Part shown: piece after piece, positions 36,450 to 45,738 of the stretch
Layout of the letters: each line of letters starts with the position of its first letter
Position numbering within the stretch: position 1 is the stretch's first letter
NCBI GenBank assembly: GCA_963786375.1
Contig: CAWAYP010000005.1
Coordinates: forward strand, 80,036 to 144,035
Reading direction: 5' to 3'
Source of the DNA: an uncultured Verrucomicrobiae bacterium
GTDB lineage: Bacteria; Verrucomicrobiota; Verrucomicrobiia; Limisphaerales; UBA11358
DNA length: 64,000 bases
Position numbers and translations under genes: made by a program
Notes under the pieces: model-generated
The model's input: the letters and a program-made list of their open reading frames with translations, nothing else
Told to the model about the DNA's origin: nothing
Databases searched by the model: none

Positions 36450-37532
36450 GTGCGCACTGTGAATGTACCGCTTGGCAATCGGAGTTATGAAATCAGAATC
36501 GGCGGCGGGTTGCTCGCAACCTTGGGAAGCAAATGCGCGCGCCTGAAACTCGGTCCGCGTTGTGCCATCATCACGGACACCAACGTCGGCAAGCGGTTTG
36601 CCAAACCGGCCTTCAATTCGCTCGCGCGGGCGGGCTTTTCCCCCTCTTTGATTGTGGTCCCGGCGGGTGAAATTGCCAAAAGCCTGAAGTCGGTTCAGGT
36701 TTGTTATGACCAGCTCGCTGTGCATCGGCTGGAACGAACGTCCTTTATCGTCACGCTGGGCGGTGGCGTGGTCGGCGACCTGGCGGGATTTGTCGCGGCG
36801 ACCTATCTGCGCGGCATTGCCTTCGTGCAGGTGCCGACGACATTGCTGGCACAGGTGGACAGCTCCGTCGGCGGAAAGGTCGGCGTTAATTTGAAGGCCG
36901 GGAAAAATCTCGTTGGCGCCTTTTACCAGCCGCGGCTGGTCTTGTGTGATCTCGATACGCTCCAGACATTGCCGGAACGCGAATATCGCGCCGGCCTCGC
37001 CGAGGTCATCAAATACGGCATCATCTACGACGCCAGATTGTTTGCGCAACTGGAGCGCGACTTTCCCAGATTGCTGCGCCGCGACCACCAAACGCTCGCC
37101 GCCGTGGTGGCGCGTTGTTGCGAAATCAAGGCGGAGGTGGTCGGTCAGGACGAAACTGAAGGCGGACTGCGCGCGATTCTGAATTTCGGCCACACGGTCG
37201 GCCATGCCATTGAGGCCATTTGCGGCTACGGCAAGTTTTTACACGGGGAGGCGATTTCCATCGGTCAGGTTACCGCGGTAAATATCTCCCGGCGCGTTCT
37301 GGGTTTGTCGAAGCGTGACGCCGACCGCATCATCAATTTGTTCCAGCGCGCCGGTTTGCCGACGCAGATCCGGTTGAATTCCGTGCAACGCCGGAAATTG
37401 TTTGCCGCCATGCGGCTCGACAAAAAAGTCCGCGGCGGCGAAGCCCGGTTTGTGCTCGCAAAAAAAATTGGCGGGGTTTTGTGGGGCCGGCGCGTGCCTG
37501 AAGTGTACATTCGCGAGGCGCTGGATTCCTGA
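36450..37532 (+). CDS. aroB: 3-dehydroquinate synthase
   Basis: ...[12 protein letters not shown]...[44 protein letters not shown]...[11 protein letters not shown]. Confidence 0.93.
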   Translation: MRTVNVPLGNRSYEIRIGGGLLATLGSKCARLKLGPRCAIITDTNVGKRFAKPAFNSLARAGFSPSLIVVPAGEIAKSLKSVQVCYDQLAVHRLERTSFIVTLGGGVVGDLAGFVAATYLRGIAFVQVPTTLLAQVDSSVGGKVGVNLKAGKNLVGAFYQPRLVLCDLDTLQTLPEREYRAGLAEVIKYGIIYDARLFAQLERDFPRLLRRDHQTLAAVVARCCEIKAEVVGQDETEGGLRAILNFGHTVGHAIEAICGYGKFLHGEAISIGQVTAVNISRRVLGLSKRDADRIINLFQRAGLPTQIRLNSVQRRKLFAAMRLDKKVRGGEARFVLAKKIGGVLWGRRVPEVYIREALDS

Positions 37533-37569
37533 TTTGCAAAGCCGGCGCGGTAAGGTAGCTTTTCCACTC

Positions 37570-38139
37570 ATGGTCCTGGTCATAGACAATTACGACTCGT
37601 TCACCTACAACCTCGTGCAATATCTCGGTGAGTTGAGCGTCGAGATGCAGGTGCGGCGGAACGACGAGATTACGCTCGACGCAATTCGCGACTTGAAGCC
37701 GGAGCGCATTCTGGTGTCGCCCGGCCCGTGCTCGCCGCGCGAATCCGGCCTGTCGAACGACGTGATTCGCAGCTTCGGCAGCCAGCGGATTCCGGTCTTT
37801 GGCGTCTGCCTCGGACACCAGTGCATCGGCCACACCTTTGGCGCGGAGGTGGTCGTAAATTACCGCATGATGCATGGCAAAACCTCGTTGATTAAACACA
37901 ACGGGAAGGATTTGTTTGAAGGCATGCCAAACCCATTTTCCGCGACACGCTATCATTCCCTCGTCATCAAACGCGACACGCTGCCCGATTGTCTTGAAAT
38001 CACCGCCGAGACCGACGAAGGCGAAATCATGGGCGTGCGCCACAAGGAACTGCCGATCTGGGGCGTGCAATTCCATCCCGAAAGCATTCTGACGGAGAGC
38101 GGACGGCAGATTATGAAAAATTTTCTCAAGTTGAAGTAG
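37570..38139 (+). CDS. glutamine amidotransferase component II of anthranilate / aminodeoxychorismate synthase (TrpG/PabA)
   Basis: [22 protein letters not shown]...[13 protein letters not shown]...GVQFHPES. Confidence 0.92.
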   Translation: MVLVIDNYDSFTYNLVQYLGELSVEMQVRRNDEITLDAIRDLKPERILVSPGPCSPRESGLSNDVIRSFGSQRIPVFGVCLGHQCIGHTFGAEVVVNYRMMHGKTSLIKHNGKDLFEGMPNPFSATRYHSLVIKRDTLPDCLEITAETDEGEIMGVRHKELPIWGVQFHPESILTESGRQIMKNFLKLK

Positions 38140-38158
38140 CCGCGCCGCACGCTATACT
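38131..38158 (+). promoter_or_regulatory. putative panD promoter (TTGAAG-16 nt-TATACT)
   Basis: The -10 ends 9 nt before ATG 38168, so the leader would be very short or absent. Confidence 0.4.
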
Positions 38159-38167
38159 TAATTGCTC

Positions 38168-38530
38168 ATGCAAGTTTTTTTACTCAAGTCGAAAATTCAT
38201 CGCGCCACCGTCACCGACGGCAACGTGGATTACGAGGGCAGCCTCACCATTGCCGCCGATTTGATGAAGACCGCCGGGTTTCATCCCTACGAGCGCATCC
38301 TGTGCAGCAACCTGAACAACGGCAACCGGTTTGAAACCTACGTCATCACCGGCAAACGCGGTTCCGGCGCGATCATCCTGAACGGCGCCGCCGCGCACCT
38401 CGGCAAAAAAGGCGACCGGCTCACCATCATGAGCTTTGCCGCCATCAGCAAAAAGAAGGCGGAAAAATGGAAGCCGCGCGTCATCGTCCTCGGCAAGGAC
38501 AACAAAATTTCCGGCAAACGCGGGATTTAA
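38168..38530 (+). CDS. panD: aspartate 1-decarboxylase
   Basis: MQVFLLKSKIHRATVTDGNVDYEGSLTI (G-S self-cleavage site)...NGAAAHL. Confidence 0.93.
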   Translation: MQVFLLKSKIHRATVTDGNVDYEGSLTIAADLMKTAGFHPYERILCSNLNNGNRFETYVITGKRGSGAIILNGAAAHLGKKGDRLTIMSFAAISKKKAEKWKPRVIVLGKDNKISGKRGI

Positions 38531-38544
38531 TCGGCGGTTTTTTT

Positions 38545-38618
38545 CGATTTACGATATACGATTTACGCGGAGCTTGCGGTCGGTGTCTGTCGCGTAAATC
38601 GTAAATCCGATATCGTAA
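38545..38618. repeat. TACGA/TTTACG-rich inverted repeat between convergent panD and sodA (bidirectional terminator-like)
   Basis: ACGATTTACGCG (38558-38569) pairs perfectly with CGCGTAAATCGT (38591-38602). Flanking cgatatacg / cgatatcgt repeats. Confidence 0.55.
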
Positions 38619-38620
38619 GT

Positions 38621-39235
38621 TCAGAAGTTCTTCGCGACGGCGTTCCAATCAATCACATTCCAGACCGCCTTCAGATAATCCGCGCGTTTATTCTGGTATT
38701 TGAGGTAATAGGCGTGTTCCCAAACGTCCACGCCGAGCAGCGGTTTGCCTTCGCAACCGGCCACGGCCTTGCCCATGAGCGGATTGTCCTGGTTGGCGGT
38801 GGAGACAATTTCCAGTTTACCCCCGTTGGAGACAAGCCAGGCCCAGCCGCTGCCGAACCGGCCCAGGCCCGCCGCCTCGAACTTGGCCTGAAAATCGGCA
38901 AAGGAGCCGAACGTGGCCTTGATGGCGTCGCCGAGCCTGCCGGAGGGCGCGCCGCCGGCCTTGGGCGCGAGAATTTTCCAGAAGAACGAGTGGTTCCAAT
39001 GGCCACCGCCATTGTTGCGTACCGGACCACGGATATTGTCCGGCACGGACGCGATGTCCTTGATGAGCGCGTCGAGCGATTTGCCTTCGAGCGCGGCATT
39101 GCCGGCGATGGCCTTGTTGAGGTTGTCCACATAAGCCTTGTGATGACGGTCGTGATGGATTTCCATCGTCAAAGCATCAATGTGCGGTTCCAAAGCTTCC
39201 TTGGGATAGGGCAGGGGCGGTAGTTCGTATGCCAT
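38621..39235 (-). CDS. sodA: Fe/Mn-family superoxide dismutase (Mn-type signature)
   Basis: [10 protein letters not shown]...HHDRHH...[11 protein letters not shown]...[18 protein letters not shown]. Confidence 0.93.
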   Translation of the reverse strand: MAYELPPLPYPKEALEPHIDALTMEIHHDRHHKAYVDNLNKAIAGNAALEGKSLDALIKDIASVPDNIRGPVRNNGGGHWNHSFFWKILAPKAGGAPSGRLGDAIKATFGSFADFQAKFEAAGLGRFGSGWAWLVSNGGKLEIVSTANQDNPLMGKAVAGCEGKPLLGVDVWEHAYYLKYQNKRADYLKAVWNVIDWNAVAKNF

Positions 39236-39526
39236 AATTTTTAATCCTTTCTTTTCGTTTCGTTAATCTTGAACCGCAAATTGCTTCAAATTTCAATCAA
39301 ATGCAAGCTCGCACCACGCTACTATCCACGTGCAAAGCCGCGCCGTTGATGGCCGAAGATATCATTGACCAAGACTGACTGAATGGGAAGGTGCTGGCAC
39401 GGACGGGTTCGTTGTCTTATGGCATCGGCCGTCAGCCATGTGCGCGGGGAGCCAGAACCGTTCGCACCCAACTTTTACACAGAACTCTTGCCGTTACCAC
39501 AGTGCCCGGATTCTGATTTTGAATTT

Positions 39527-40510
39527 TCAGGCGCCCACCGCCGCGCGCGCTTCAGCCGCCAGCGGTGTGCTCAAGTAACGTTCGCCCGTCGAGCAGGCCA
39601 CCGTGACGATCAACTTGCCCTTGTTTTCAGGACGGTTGGCCACCTGAATGGCTGCCCAGACGTTTGCGCCGGATGAGATGCCGCACAAAATTCCCTCTTC
39701 CTTCGCCAGGCGGCGCGCCATTTCAAAGGCGTCGTCGTTGGAAACCTGGACACATTCGGTGATTAAGGAATTGCCTTTCGCATCTTTCAGATGGAGGTTG
39801 TTGGGTACAAAGCCCGCGCCCGTGCCTTGAATCTTGTGCGGGCCGGGCTTGAGCGGCTGGCCGGCCAGCGTCTGGGAAATGACCGGTGAATCCTTAGGTT
39901 CGACGGCGATGGCCTGGAACGACGGCTTGCGCGGTTTGATGACTTCCACGCAGCCGGTGATGGTGCCGCCCGTGCCGACCGCTGCCACCAGGATGTCCAC
40001 TTTGCCGTCCGTATCGGCCCAGATTTCCTCCGCCGTGGTCTTGCGATGAATTTCCACGTTTGCGGGATTGTTGAACTGCTGCGGAATCCACGAATTCGGC
40101 GTTTCGCTGGCCAATTGCTCGGCCTTGGCGATGGCGCCTTTCATGCCTTCGGCGCCGGGCGTCAAAACCAGCTTCGCGCCGAGCATCGCGAGCAACGTGC
40201 GGCGCTCGACCGACATGGTTTCGGGCATGGTCAGAATCAGCTTGTACCCCTTGGCCGCGCACACGAACGCCAGCGCGATGCCGGTGTTGCCGCTGGTCGG
40301 CTCGATAACGACGGTGTCCTTTTTGAGAACGCCGCGTTTTTCCGCGTCTTCAATCATGGACATGCCGATGCGGTCCTTGACGCTGCTGAGCGGGTTGAAA
40401 AATTCGCACTTGAGCAAAATGGTGGCGGGCAATCCGGCCGTGACCTTGTTCAACCTGACCAGCGGCGTGTGCCCGACGGTTTCGACGATGTTGTTATAGA
40501 TGCGTCCCAT
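39527..40510 (-). CDS. cysK: cysteine synthase A (O-acetylserine sulfhydrylase)
   Basis: ...[12 protein letters not shown]...[16 protein letters not shown]...[12 protein letters not shown] (PLP lysine motif). Confidence 0.93.
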   Translation of the reverse strand: MGRIYNNIVETVGHTPLVRLNKVTAGLPATILLKCEFFNPLSSVKDRIGMSMIEDAEKRGVLKKDTVVIEPTSGNTGIALAFVCAAKGYKLILTMPETMSVERRTLLAMLGAKLVLTPGAEGMKGAIAKAEQLASETPNSWIPQQFNNPANVEIHRKTTAEEIWADTDGKVDILVAAVGTGGTITGCVEVIKPRKPSFQAIAVEPKDSPVISQTLAGQPLKPGPHKIQGTGAGFVPNNLHLKDAKGNSLITECVQVSNDDAFEMARRLAKEEGILCGISSGANVWAAIQVANRPENKGKLIVTVACSTGERYLSTPLAAEARAAVGA

Positions 40511-40577
40511 AATTTTTTTTGACGGTTAAGTTAATGGCAATTTGTGCTGAACATGGCCGGCGGGCAAGCCCTTTTTT

Positions 40578-40672
40578 GTTGGAAAAAAATTCCAACGCCC
40601 AACATCCAACATTCAATGAAACGCAATTGGGCAGCCGGTTAATTCGGTGTTCGATGTTGAATGTTCGATGTT
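40578..40672 (-). terminator. composite inverted repeat (dispersed-repeat arms) plus T-run; candidate terminator for the upstream minus-strand RNA
   Basis: AACATCCAACATTCAA (40601-40616) against TTGAATGTTCGATGTT (40657-40672), 15/16 complementary. On the minus strand it is followed by GTTGGAATTTTTTTCCAAC (40578-40596). Confidence 0.4.
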
Positions 40673-40679
40673 TTTCCAC

Positions 40680-41552
40680 CCTGAAACATTAAGTCCCCGC
40701 CTGGCCTTTCGGCCAGACAGGGACAAATGGGGGATGGGAGTGCGCCAGGCTCTCTTTCCCGGACCGGCATTAGGCGCGCACCCTCGCGGGGGGCTGCCGG
40801 TTTCCCGACGCCATTCTCCACGGCAAGCGGAGTTTTCGGCCTCGTAGCAGGGCCGTCCAGCGCCTTGCGGCCGCTGAATTTCGAGTGAGGCTTTTCAGCT
40901 CGCTTCGGCTGATGGTTGCGCCACCGGCCTGCGAACCAGGTCAAGACACGCCTGCAGTTTATGTGTTCGCGTCTTGACCGTTTAGCGCCGGGTCAGCCGC
41001 CGCTTTTGGCGGCGCGTTCGCCCGGTGCCACGGGTCTCGCCTCTTCACTCTCAGGTTACTTTTTGCTCACAGTCCAGCGACGCCGTTTTTAACATCGCCA
41101 GCTTTTGGAAGTTCTTAACGCGACCTGCCCAGTCGGCGTGTCCTTCCCGGCGCCGGCGCTCCCTTTGTCCGCCTTTCGGCGGGTTTCATTGGGCGGTCTC
41201 ATTTTATTGAATCCGCCAGAGTCGCCCGCACCGTGCTGATGCACAGTAGCAACCGCATACCCTCTGGGTAACTGCGATTCACTCAGGCTCGAAACCGGCC
41301 TGAGCTACTTGACCCGGCTCGGAGCGGTTTCTAAGTCGCTCCTGGCCGCCAAGTCCCTCATTCGCATTTGGCATTAGCGAACATGCCAGAGGAACTGGTG
41401 AATGCTGCCTCCCGCCGAACCTTTCGATCCGGTTTCCGAGGGACCGGGCCAACCAGCCTAACCCGACCTTTCCCCAGTCGCCTGGGATTATCCTGGAAAC
41501 AAACAGAACAATCTTTCGACCGTTTCTGCCTGCTTCGTTCTTTCAATGAACT
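40680..41552 (-). ncRNA. candidate large structured RNA of unknown family (~0.85-1 kb)
   Basis: No convincing ORF. At least 10 perfect or near-perfect local helices. Three loops read GAAA on the minus strand, and three helices need G-U pairs that would be A-C mismatches on the plus strand. Promoter-like element upstream, terminator-like element downstream. Confidence 0.35.
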
Positions 41553-41558
41553 GCTGAA

Positions 41559-41586
41559 ATCATATCTCAATCCAGCGAACCGACAA
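41559..41586 (-). promoter_or_regulatory. putative promoter of the candidate RNA (minus strand TTGTCG-16 nt-TATGAT)
   Basis: -35 is the reverse complement of 41581-41586; -10 is the reverse complement of 41559-41564. Confidence 0.3.
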
Positions 41587-41593
41587 TGAATTG

Positions 41594-41771
41594 ATATCCA
41601 CAGCTTGTTCACCGGAATGCGCGTGTGAACAGCGTGTGAACAATGCAAAACAAGCCGGTAAATCAAGGGTTTTTCCACCCGGTTTCCAACGACTATCCAC
41701 AGTTTTTTAAGGACAAAGACGGGCCTGGTGAACAAGTTGTTCTGCTGAAACTGCGGGAATTTTTTTCCACT
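41594..41771. promoter_or_regulatory. cluster of DnaA-box-like 9-mers
   Basis: aTATCCACA (41594-41602) and cTATCCACA (41693-41701) are 8/9 to TTATCCACA. TTTTCCACC (41671), TTTTCCACT (41763) and inverted TGTGAACAA (41635) are 7/9. TGTGAACAG (41624) and GGTGAACAA (41727) are weaker. Confidence 0.35.
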
Positions 41772-41798
41772 CAAAGTCTCTGCTCATGCCGAAACAGG

Positions 41799-41822
41799 AG
41801 AGCCGCCCCAAAAGGCGGCTCT
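41799..41822 (-). terminator. hairpin downstream of the small basic ORF
   Basis: AGAGCCGCC / GGCGGCTCT 9-bp stem, 6-nt loop; only a weak U-tract on the minus strand. Confidence 0.4.
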
Positions 41823-41852
41823 GAATGGCGAAGGGATACCCCCGTCTTAAGT

Positions 41853-41966
41853 TTAAGAAGCAGCTTTCGCGGGTGCGGTTTTTTTAGCTTTGGCCGCCTG
41901 GTTTTTCCGTTTGAGATAGCGCGTTCGGCGTTGTCGTTTTTCTGCTTTGTTGAATTGTTTGCTCAT
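41853..41966 (-). CDS. 37-aa highly basic protein (below the ORF-track cutoff), hypothetical
   Basis: Hand translation gives MSKQFNKAEKRQRRTRYLKRKNQAAKAKKTAPAKAAS-stop; followed by a hairpin. It does not match L34, L36, S21 or Thx as I remember them. Confidence 0.4.
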   Translation of the reverse strand: MSKQFNKAEKRQRRTRYLKRKNQAAKAKKTAPAKAAS

Positions 41967-42013
41967 ACAAGTGTCTTTACATCGGCCACATATTCCGATT
42001 GTGTGTTGGCACT

Positions 42014-42538
42014 ATGAAAGTTCGGGCGCGACAATTCAACATCTATTTGATGCTGGCGGCAATCCTGGCATCGCTCTGCGGCTGCGAAACCAACAAGCCC
42101 CACGGTCCCGTCAGTGCATTGCGCATCCATGTTGAAACCAGTCCTGATTCCTTGGGCACGAGCCAGACCGTCTCCGTGTTGCGTGCCGATCCCGTGCAGG
42201 TCACCATCGCGGAACAACCCATTTTGACCGAGGTCAGCCTTGTTGGCGCAAAAGTCATTGATGACCCGGGCGGATTCGCCATTGAAGTTCGTTTTGATGA
42301 AAACGGCACCTGGATTTTGGAACAATACACCGCCACCAATACCGGTCGTCATCTCGTTATTTTCGGTCAATGGGGTGACAAATTGGCCAATGGCCGCTGG
42401 CTGGCGGCGCCGCTCATCACCCGTCGCATTGCCAACGGCGTGCTCGCCTTTACCCCGGACATGTCGCGTTCCGAGGCCGACCAGCTTGTGCTGGGACTCA
42501 ATAACGTCGCCAAATTTTACAAAAAACAATTCAAATGA
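42014..42538 (+). CDS. lipoprotein, hypothetical
   Basis: Lipobox LAAILASLCGC after MKVRARQFNIYLM; 174 aa. Its stop overlaps the next start (ATGA). Confidence 0.6.
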   Translation: MKVRARQFNIYLMLAAILASLCGCETNKPHGPVSALRIHVETSPDSLGTSQTVSVLRADPVQVTIAEQPILTEVSLVGAKVIDDPGGFAIEVRFDENGTWILEQYTATNTGRHLVIFGQWGDKLANGRWLAAPLITRRIANGVLAFTPDMSRSEADQLVLGLNNVAKFYKKQFK

Positions 42539-43557
42539 GTTTTCCCGCTGTTTGCCGCGCCCTCCTGTTTGCCGGCGGGTTTTTGCCGGCCGCACTCTTT
42601 GCACAGGAACCATTTCAATTTCCGACGGCCAATCATTATCTGTTTGAACCGGGCAAGGAGTCGGAATTTTTCGCTCCCACCGCGCCCGACAAACCGTGGA
42701 CGAGCGGTTCTTTCGGCTGCGTGCGTGACGATGGCCGGCGAATTCACGAAGGCCTCGACATCCGCTGTCTGCAGCGTGACAAATACGGGGAACCCACCGA
42801 CCCCGTCATGGCCACCGCCGATGGCACGGTGGTTTATTTCAACACGAGACCGTCCCTGTCGAATTATGGCAACTACATCGTGATTCGCCACGTCGTGGAG
42901 GGCATTGAAATTTATTCGCTCTACGGGCACCTGCGCGCGGTTCGTCCCGGCCTTGCCATCGACCGGACCGTGAAGGCCGGCGAAGTCATTGGCACGATGG
43001 GCCGCACTTCCAACACCGCTGAACGCATCGCCAAATGGCGCGCCCACACGCACTTTTCATTGAACCTGCTCGTCAATGATCGGTTTGCCGCCTGGTTTAA
43101 AAAAGCCAATCCCCGCGAGCGCAACGATCATGGCGAATGGAACGGCCAGAATCTCAGCGGCCTTGATCCGCGGGGAATTCTGCTGGCCGAACACGCCGAA
43201 GGCGCCAAGTTCAGCCTGCTCGATTTTATTCGCGGCCAGACAGCCCTGTGCCGCGTGGTTGTGCGGGCCACGAATTTTCCATTTGTGAAACGCTATCCGA
43301 TGCTGGTCCTGCCCAATCCCAAGGCCGACCAGGAAGGCGTGGCGGGTTACGAAATTGCCTTGAATTTCGACGCCATTCCTTTCGAATTGATGCCGCTGGC
43401 TCCATCGGAAATCAAAGGCGGCGGAAAATTCCAACTGCTGTCCGTCAATGAAGCCGAAGAACGGGCCAATCCCTGCCGCCATCTTGTGGTTCAACGCCGC
43501 GGACATTGGGAACTGACTGAGACCGGACTGCGCGAATTGGAGTTGCTGACGTATTGA
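42535..43557 (+). CDS. M23-family (LytM-type) metallopeptidase
   Basis: Signal peptide; HEGLDIRC (HxxxD)...DGTVVYF...YGHL...GEVIGTMGRTS...HTHFSL (HxH). Confidence 0.8.
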   Translation: MSFPAVCRALLFAGGFLPAALFAQEPFQFPTANHYLFEPGKESEFFAPTAPDKPWTSGSFGCVRDDGRRIHEGLDIRCLQRDKYGEPTDPVMATADGTVVYFNTRPSLSNYGNYIVIRHVVEGIEIYSLYGHLRAVRPGLAIDRTVKAGEVIGTMGRTSNTAERIAKWRAHTHFSLNLLVNDRFAAWFKKANPRERNDHGEWNGQNLSGLDPRGILLAEHAEGAKFSLLDFIRGQTALCRVVVRATNFPFVKRYPMLVLPNPKADQEGVAGYEIALNFDAIPFELMPLAPSEIKGGGKFQLLSVNEAEERANPCRHLVVQRRGHWELTETGLRELELLTY

Positions 43558-43564
43558 GCCAGCC

Positions 43565-44695
43565 GTGCATACCGACATCAAATCCCTTGCCCGCGACGAA
43601 CTGGAAGCCCGGTTCGCCGCGTGGCATCAGCCGGCTTACCGCGTCACCCAACTGCTCGAATGGCTGTATTCCCGCCGCGCCACGAGTTGGGATGGCATGA
43701 CCAATCTGCCCAAGGCGTTGCGGGAAAAGCTCGCTGAAACGTTTTCACTTCAGACGTTGGAGTTCGTTCGCAAGCAAGGTGCATCCGACACCACCCAGAA
43801 ATTCCTTTGGCGGCTACGTGATCACGCTTTGATCGAAAGCGTTTTAATTCCGGCCAATCCGGCGCTTTACGGCGACGCGAGCGACCGCCACACCCTTTGC
43901 ATCTCCACGCAGGTCGGCTGCGCCTACGGCTGCAAATTCTGCGCCAGCGGCCTCGACGGCTGGAAACGCAATCTGACGCCGGACGAAATCGTCGAACAGG
44001 TTTTGGCAGTGGAACGGTTCGTTTCACAGTCCACAGCCCACAGTCACGAGTCGAAAGATGGTGCGGATTCGAAACTGAGGACTGCGGACGCAAGACTGAT
44101 CGACAACATTGTCGTGATGGGCATGGGCGAGCCGCTGGCGAACTACGATCCTTTGCTCAAGGCGCTCAGAATTCTGAACGCGCCGTGGGGCGGCGGCATC
44201 GGTGCGCGCAAAATAACCATTTCCACCAGCGGCCTCGCGCCGCAGATACGCCGGCTGGGCGGCGAGCCGGAACAATTCCGCCTCGCCATTTCGTTGCACG
44301 GCGCCACCGACGAAGTGCGCAACAAAATCATGCCCGTGAACCGCAAATATCCGCTCCAGGAGCTGGTCGCCGCCTGCGAGGATTACCAGGGTCAAAAGGG
44401 CCGGATGCTCACGTTCGAATACATTTTAATCGCAGGCATGAATGATTCGGTTGATCAGGCCAAACCGCTGGCCATGCTCGCCAAAAAGCTCTTCGCCAAG
44501 GTGAACTTGATTCCTTACAACCAGGTTGAAGGCCTGCCCTGGGAACGCCCGGCGGAAAAAGTTTGCGAGGCATTCCTCGCCGTTTTGAAGAAGCAAAAAG
44601 TCATTGCCACACTCCGCCGCGAAAAGGGCGGCGACATTGACGCCGCGTGCGGCCAGTTGCGGCTCAAAACCGAACGCGAACTGGTTTCAACTTGA
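43565..44695 (+). CDS. rlmN: 23S rRNA/tRNA (adenine-C2)-methyltransferase RlmN (radical SAM)
   Basis: ...YRVTQLLEWLY...CISTQVGCAYGCKFCASG (CxxxCxxC)...VVMGMGEPLAN...CGQL. Confidence 0.92.
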   Translation: MHTDIKSLARDELEARFAAWHQPAYRVTQLLEWLYSRRATSWDGMTNLPKALREKLAETFSLQTLEFVRKQGASDTTQKFLWRLRDHALIESVLIPANPALYGDASDRHTLCISTQVGCAYGCKFCASGLDGWKRNLTPDEIVEQVLAVERFVSQSTAHSHESKDGADSKLRTADARLIDNIVVMGMGEPLANYDPLLKALRILNAPWGGGIGARKITISTSGLAPQIRRLGGEPEQFRLAISLHGATDEVRNKIMPVNRKYPLQELVAACEDYQGQKGRMLTFEYILIAGMNDSVDQAKPLAMLAKKLFAKVNLIPYNQVEGLPWERPAEKVCEAFLAVLKKQKVIATLRREKGGDIDAACGQLRLKTERELVST

Positions 44696-45727
44696 TTTGG
44701 CCGCGAGCAGCCCGTTGATTCTGGCCATTACCTTGAAAGCATCGGCGACGTAAAGCACGTCGGCCTTGCCGCGCGCCCAGCCACAATTCGGGTCGAGATT
44801 GATGGCGCGACGTTCAGCGACGAAACGCCAGCCGACCGTGTGCGGCTCCTCGCCGTGGCAACAGGTGGAAAGTCCCTTGGGATGACGCGGCGTCGCGCCG
44901 GTCTGGCCGACCTGGTTCATGTGGGATAAAAATGACAACACCGCCTGTCCTTCTCCGCTCTGGTCCACCAGCGATTTGCTGCTGCCCAGCGAGGCGCGCG
45001 ACTGCTTCAGAAAATTGAGAATCAGTTTCTCCGCCTCGGGCATGTGCGTCTGACCGTCGGCCTGCTTCTTCGTCCAGCCCGCGCCGGTCACGAACAACAA
45101 TTGCGCGTCGGGGCGGATCGTTTGCGCGTCGGCCTTTGGCTCGCGGATGCCAGCCACCGTCGTGCGCTTGCTCGCGTCGGTGAGATTTACCGAAACCATT
45201 TCCACACCCGCGGTGCCCGCGCCGCAATCGCACGGCGTCTGGCTGCCGGGATCAATACCGATGAACCACGGGCGCTGCGTCCGCGTGAGCGCGCCTTCCA
45301 TGCGCTGGCGGTAATACCAGCGGCTGACGGAAAGTTTCCCGTCCGCGACCGCGGCGCCGGTGACGTGCATGTCCGCGCGTCCGCCGAGCCGTTGCGCCAC
45401 GCCGGCAAGGCAGCGCGCCCAGCGCGAAGCTGCCGGGGCAACTACGACCGTGGCCTGGGCCGCTTTGCAGATGGCTTCCGCCGCCGCCGCGTCCGTGGCA
45501 TAGCGCGACTGGCTGAACTCCGCGCCGGTGATACCGAAGTATTTTGTGACCGGACTGGCGGCGATGGAATTGGCCGCCGCCTGGACATTTTCGCCGATCA
45601 AACCAGCGACAAGTTTTGAGCCGTTGAGTGATTTATGAATATCCGCCGCGACGTGCAGTGCTTCGCGGGCGGATTGGGCGAGTGAACCGTCGGATTCCGT
45701 GTGTATCAGTAACAAGATGATTTCCAT
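44687..45727 (-). CDS. etfA: electron transfer flavoprotein alpha subunit
   Basis: Start at MEIILLLIHTE (ATG 45727). C-terminal FAD-binding region ...LLFVTGAGWTKK.../...QVGQTGATPRHPKGLSTCCHGEE-like; follows etfB. Confidence 0.8.
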   Translation of the reverse strand: MEIILLLIHTESDGSLAQSAREALHVAADIHKSLNGSKLVAGLIGENVQAAANSIAASPVTKYFGITGAEFSQSRYATDAAAAEAICKAAQATVVVAPAASRWARCLAGVAQRLGGRADMHVTGAAVADGKLSVSRWYYRQRMEGALTRTQRPWFIGIDPGSQTPCDCGAGTAGVEMVSVNLTDASKRTTVAGIREPKADAQTIRPDAQLLFVTGAGWTKKQADGQTHMPEAEKLILNFLKQSRASLGSSKSLVDQSGEGQAVLSFLSHMNQVGQTGATPRHPKGLSTCCHGEEPHTVGWRFVAERRAINLDPNCGWARGKADVLYVADAFKVMARINGLLAAKSS

Positions 45728-45738
45728 AAAATGATTTA

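Noticed and set aside
33579-36450. Direct repeat of the tRNA-fMet 3' end (att site) delimiting the islet.
   Set aside because: No copy of ..GGTTCAAATCCTACCCCCGCAACCA or a fragment of 12 nt or more was seen between 33.6 and 36.5 kb.
40680-41552. Whether the structured region is RNase P RNA, tmRNA, SRP RNA or an ORF-less group II intron.
   Set aside because: I could not find the near-invariant GAGGAAAGUCC and ACAGAA..GGCUUA boxes of RNase P. I found no tRNA-like GGUUCGA..CCACCA end or tag ORF of tmRNA. I found no GGUCCGGAAGGAAGCAGCC-type SRP helix 8. I found no GUGYG 5' end or domain V (..GUACGGUUC) of group II introns. This was by-eye comparison only, so a formal cmsearch is still needed.
41358-41774. 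138-aa ORF (minus strand) and 124-aa ORF 41643-42017 (plus strand) in the non-coding gap.
   Set aside because: No motifs and odd composition. They span the DnaA-box cluster, the promoter-like element and part of the hairpin-rich region, and overlap the better-supported 37-aa ORF and its hairpin.
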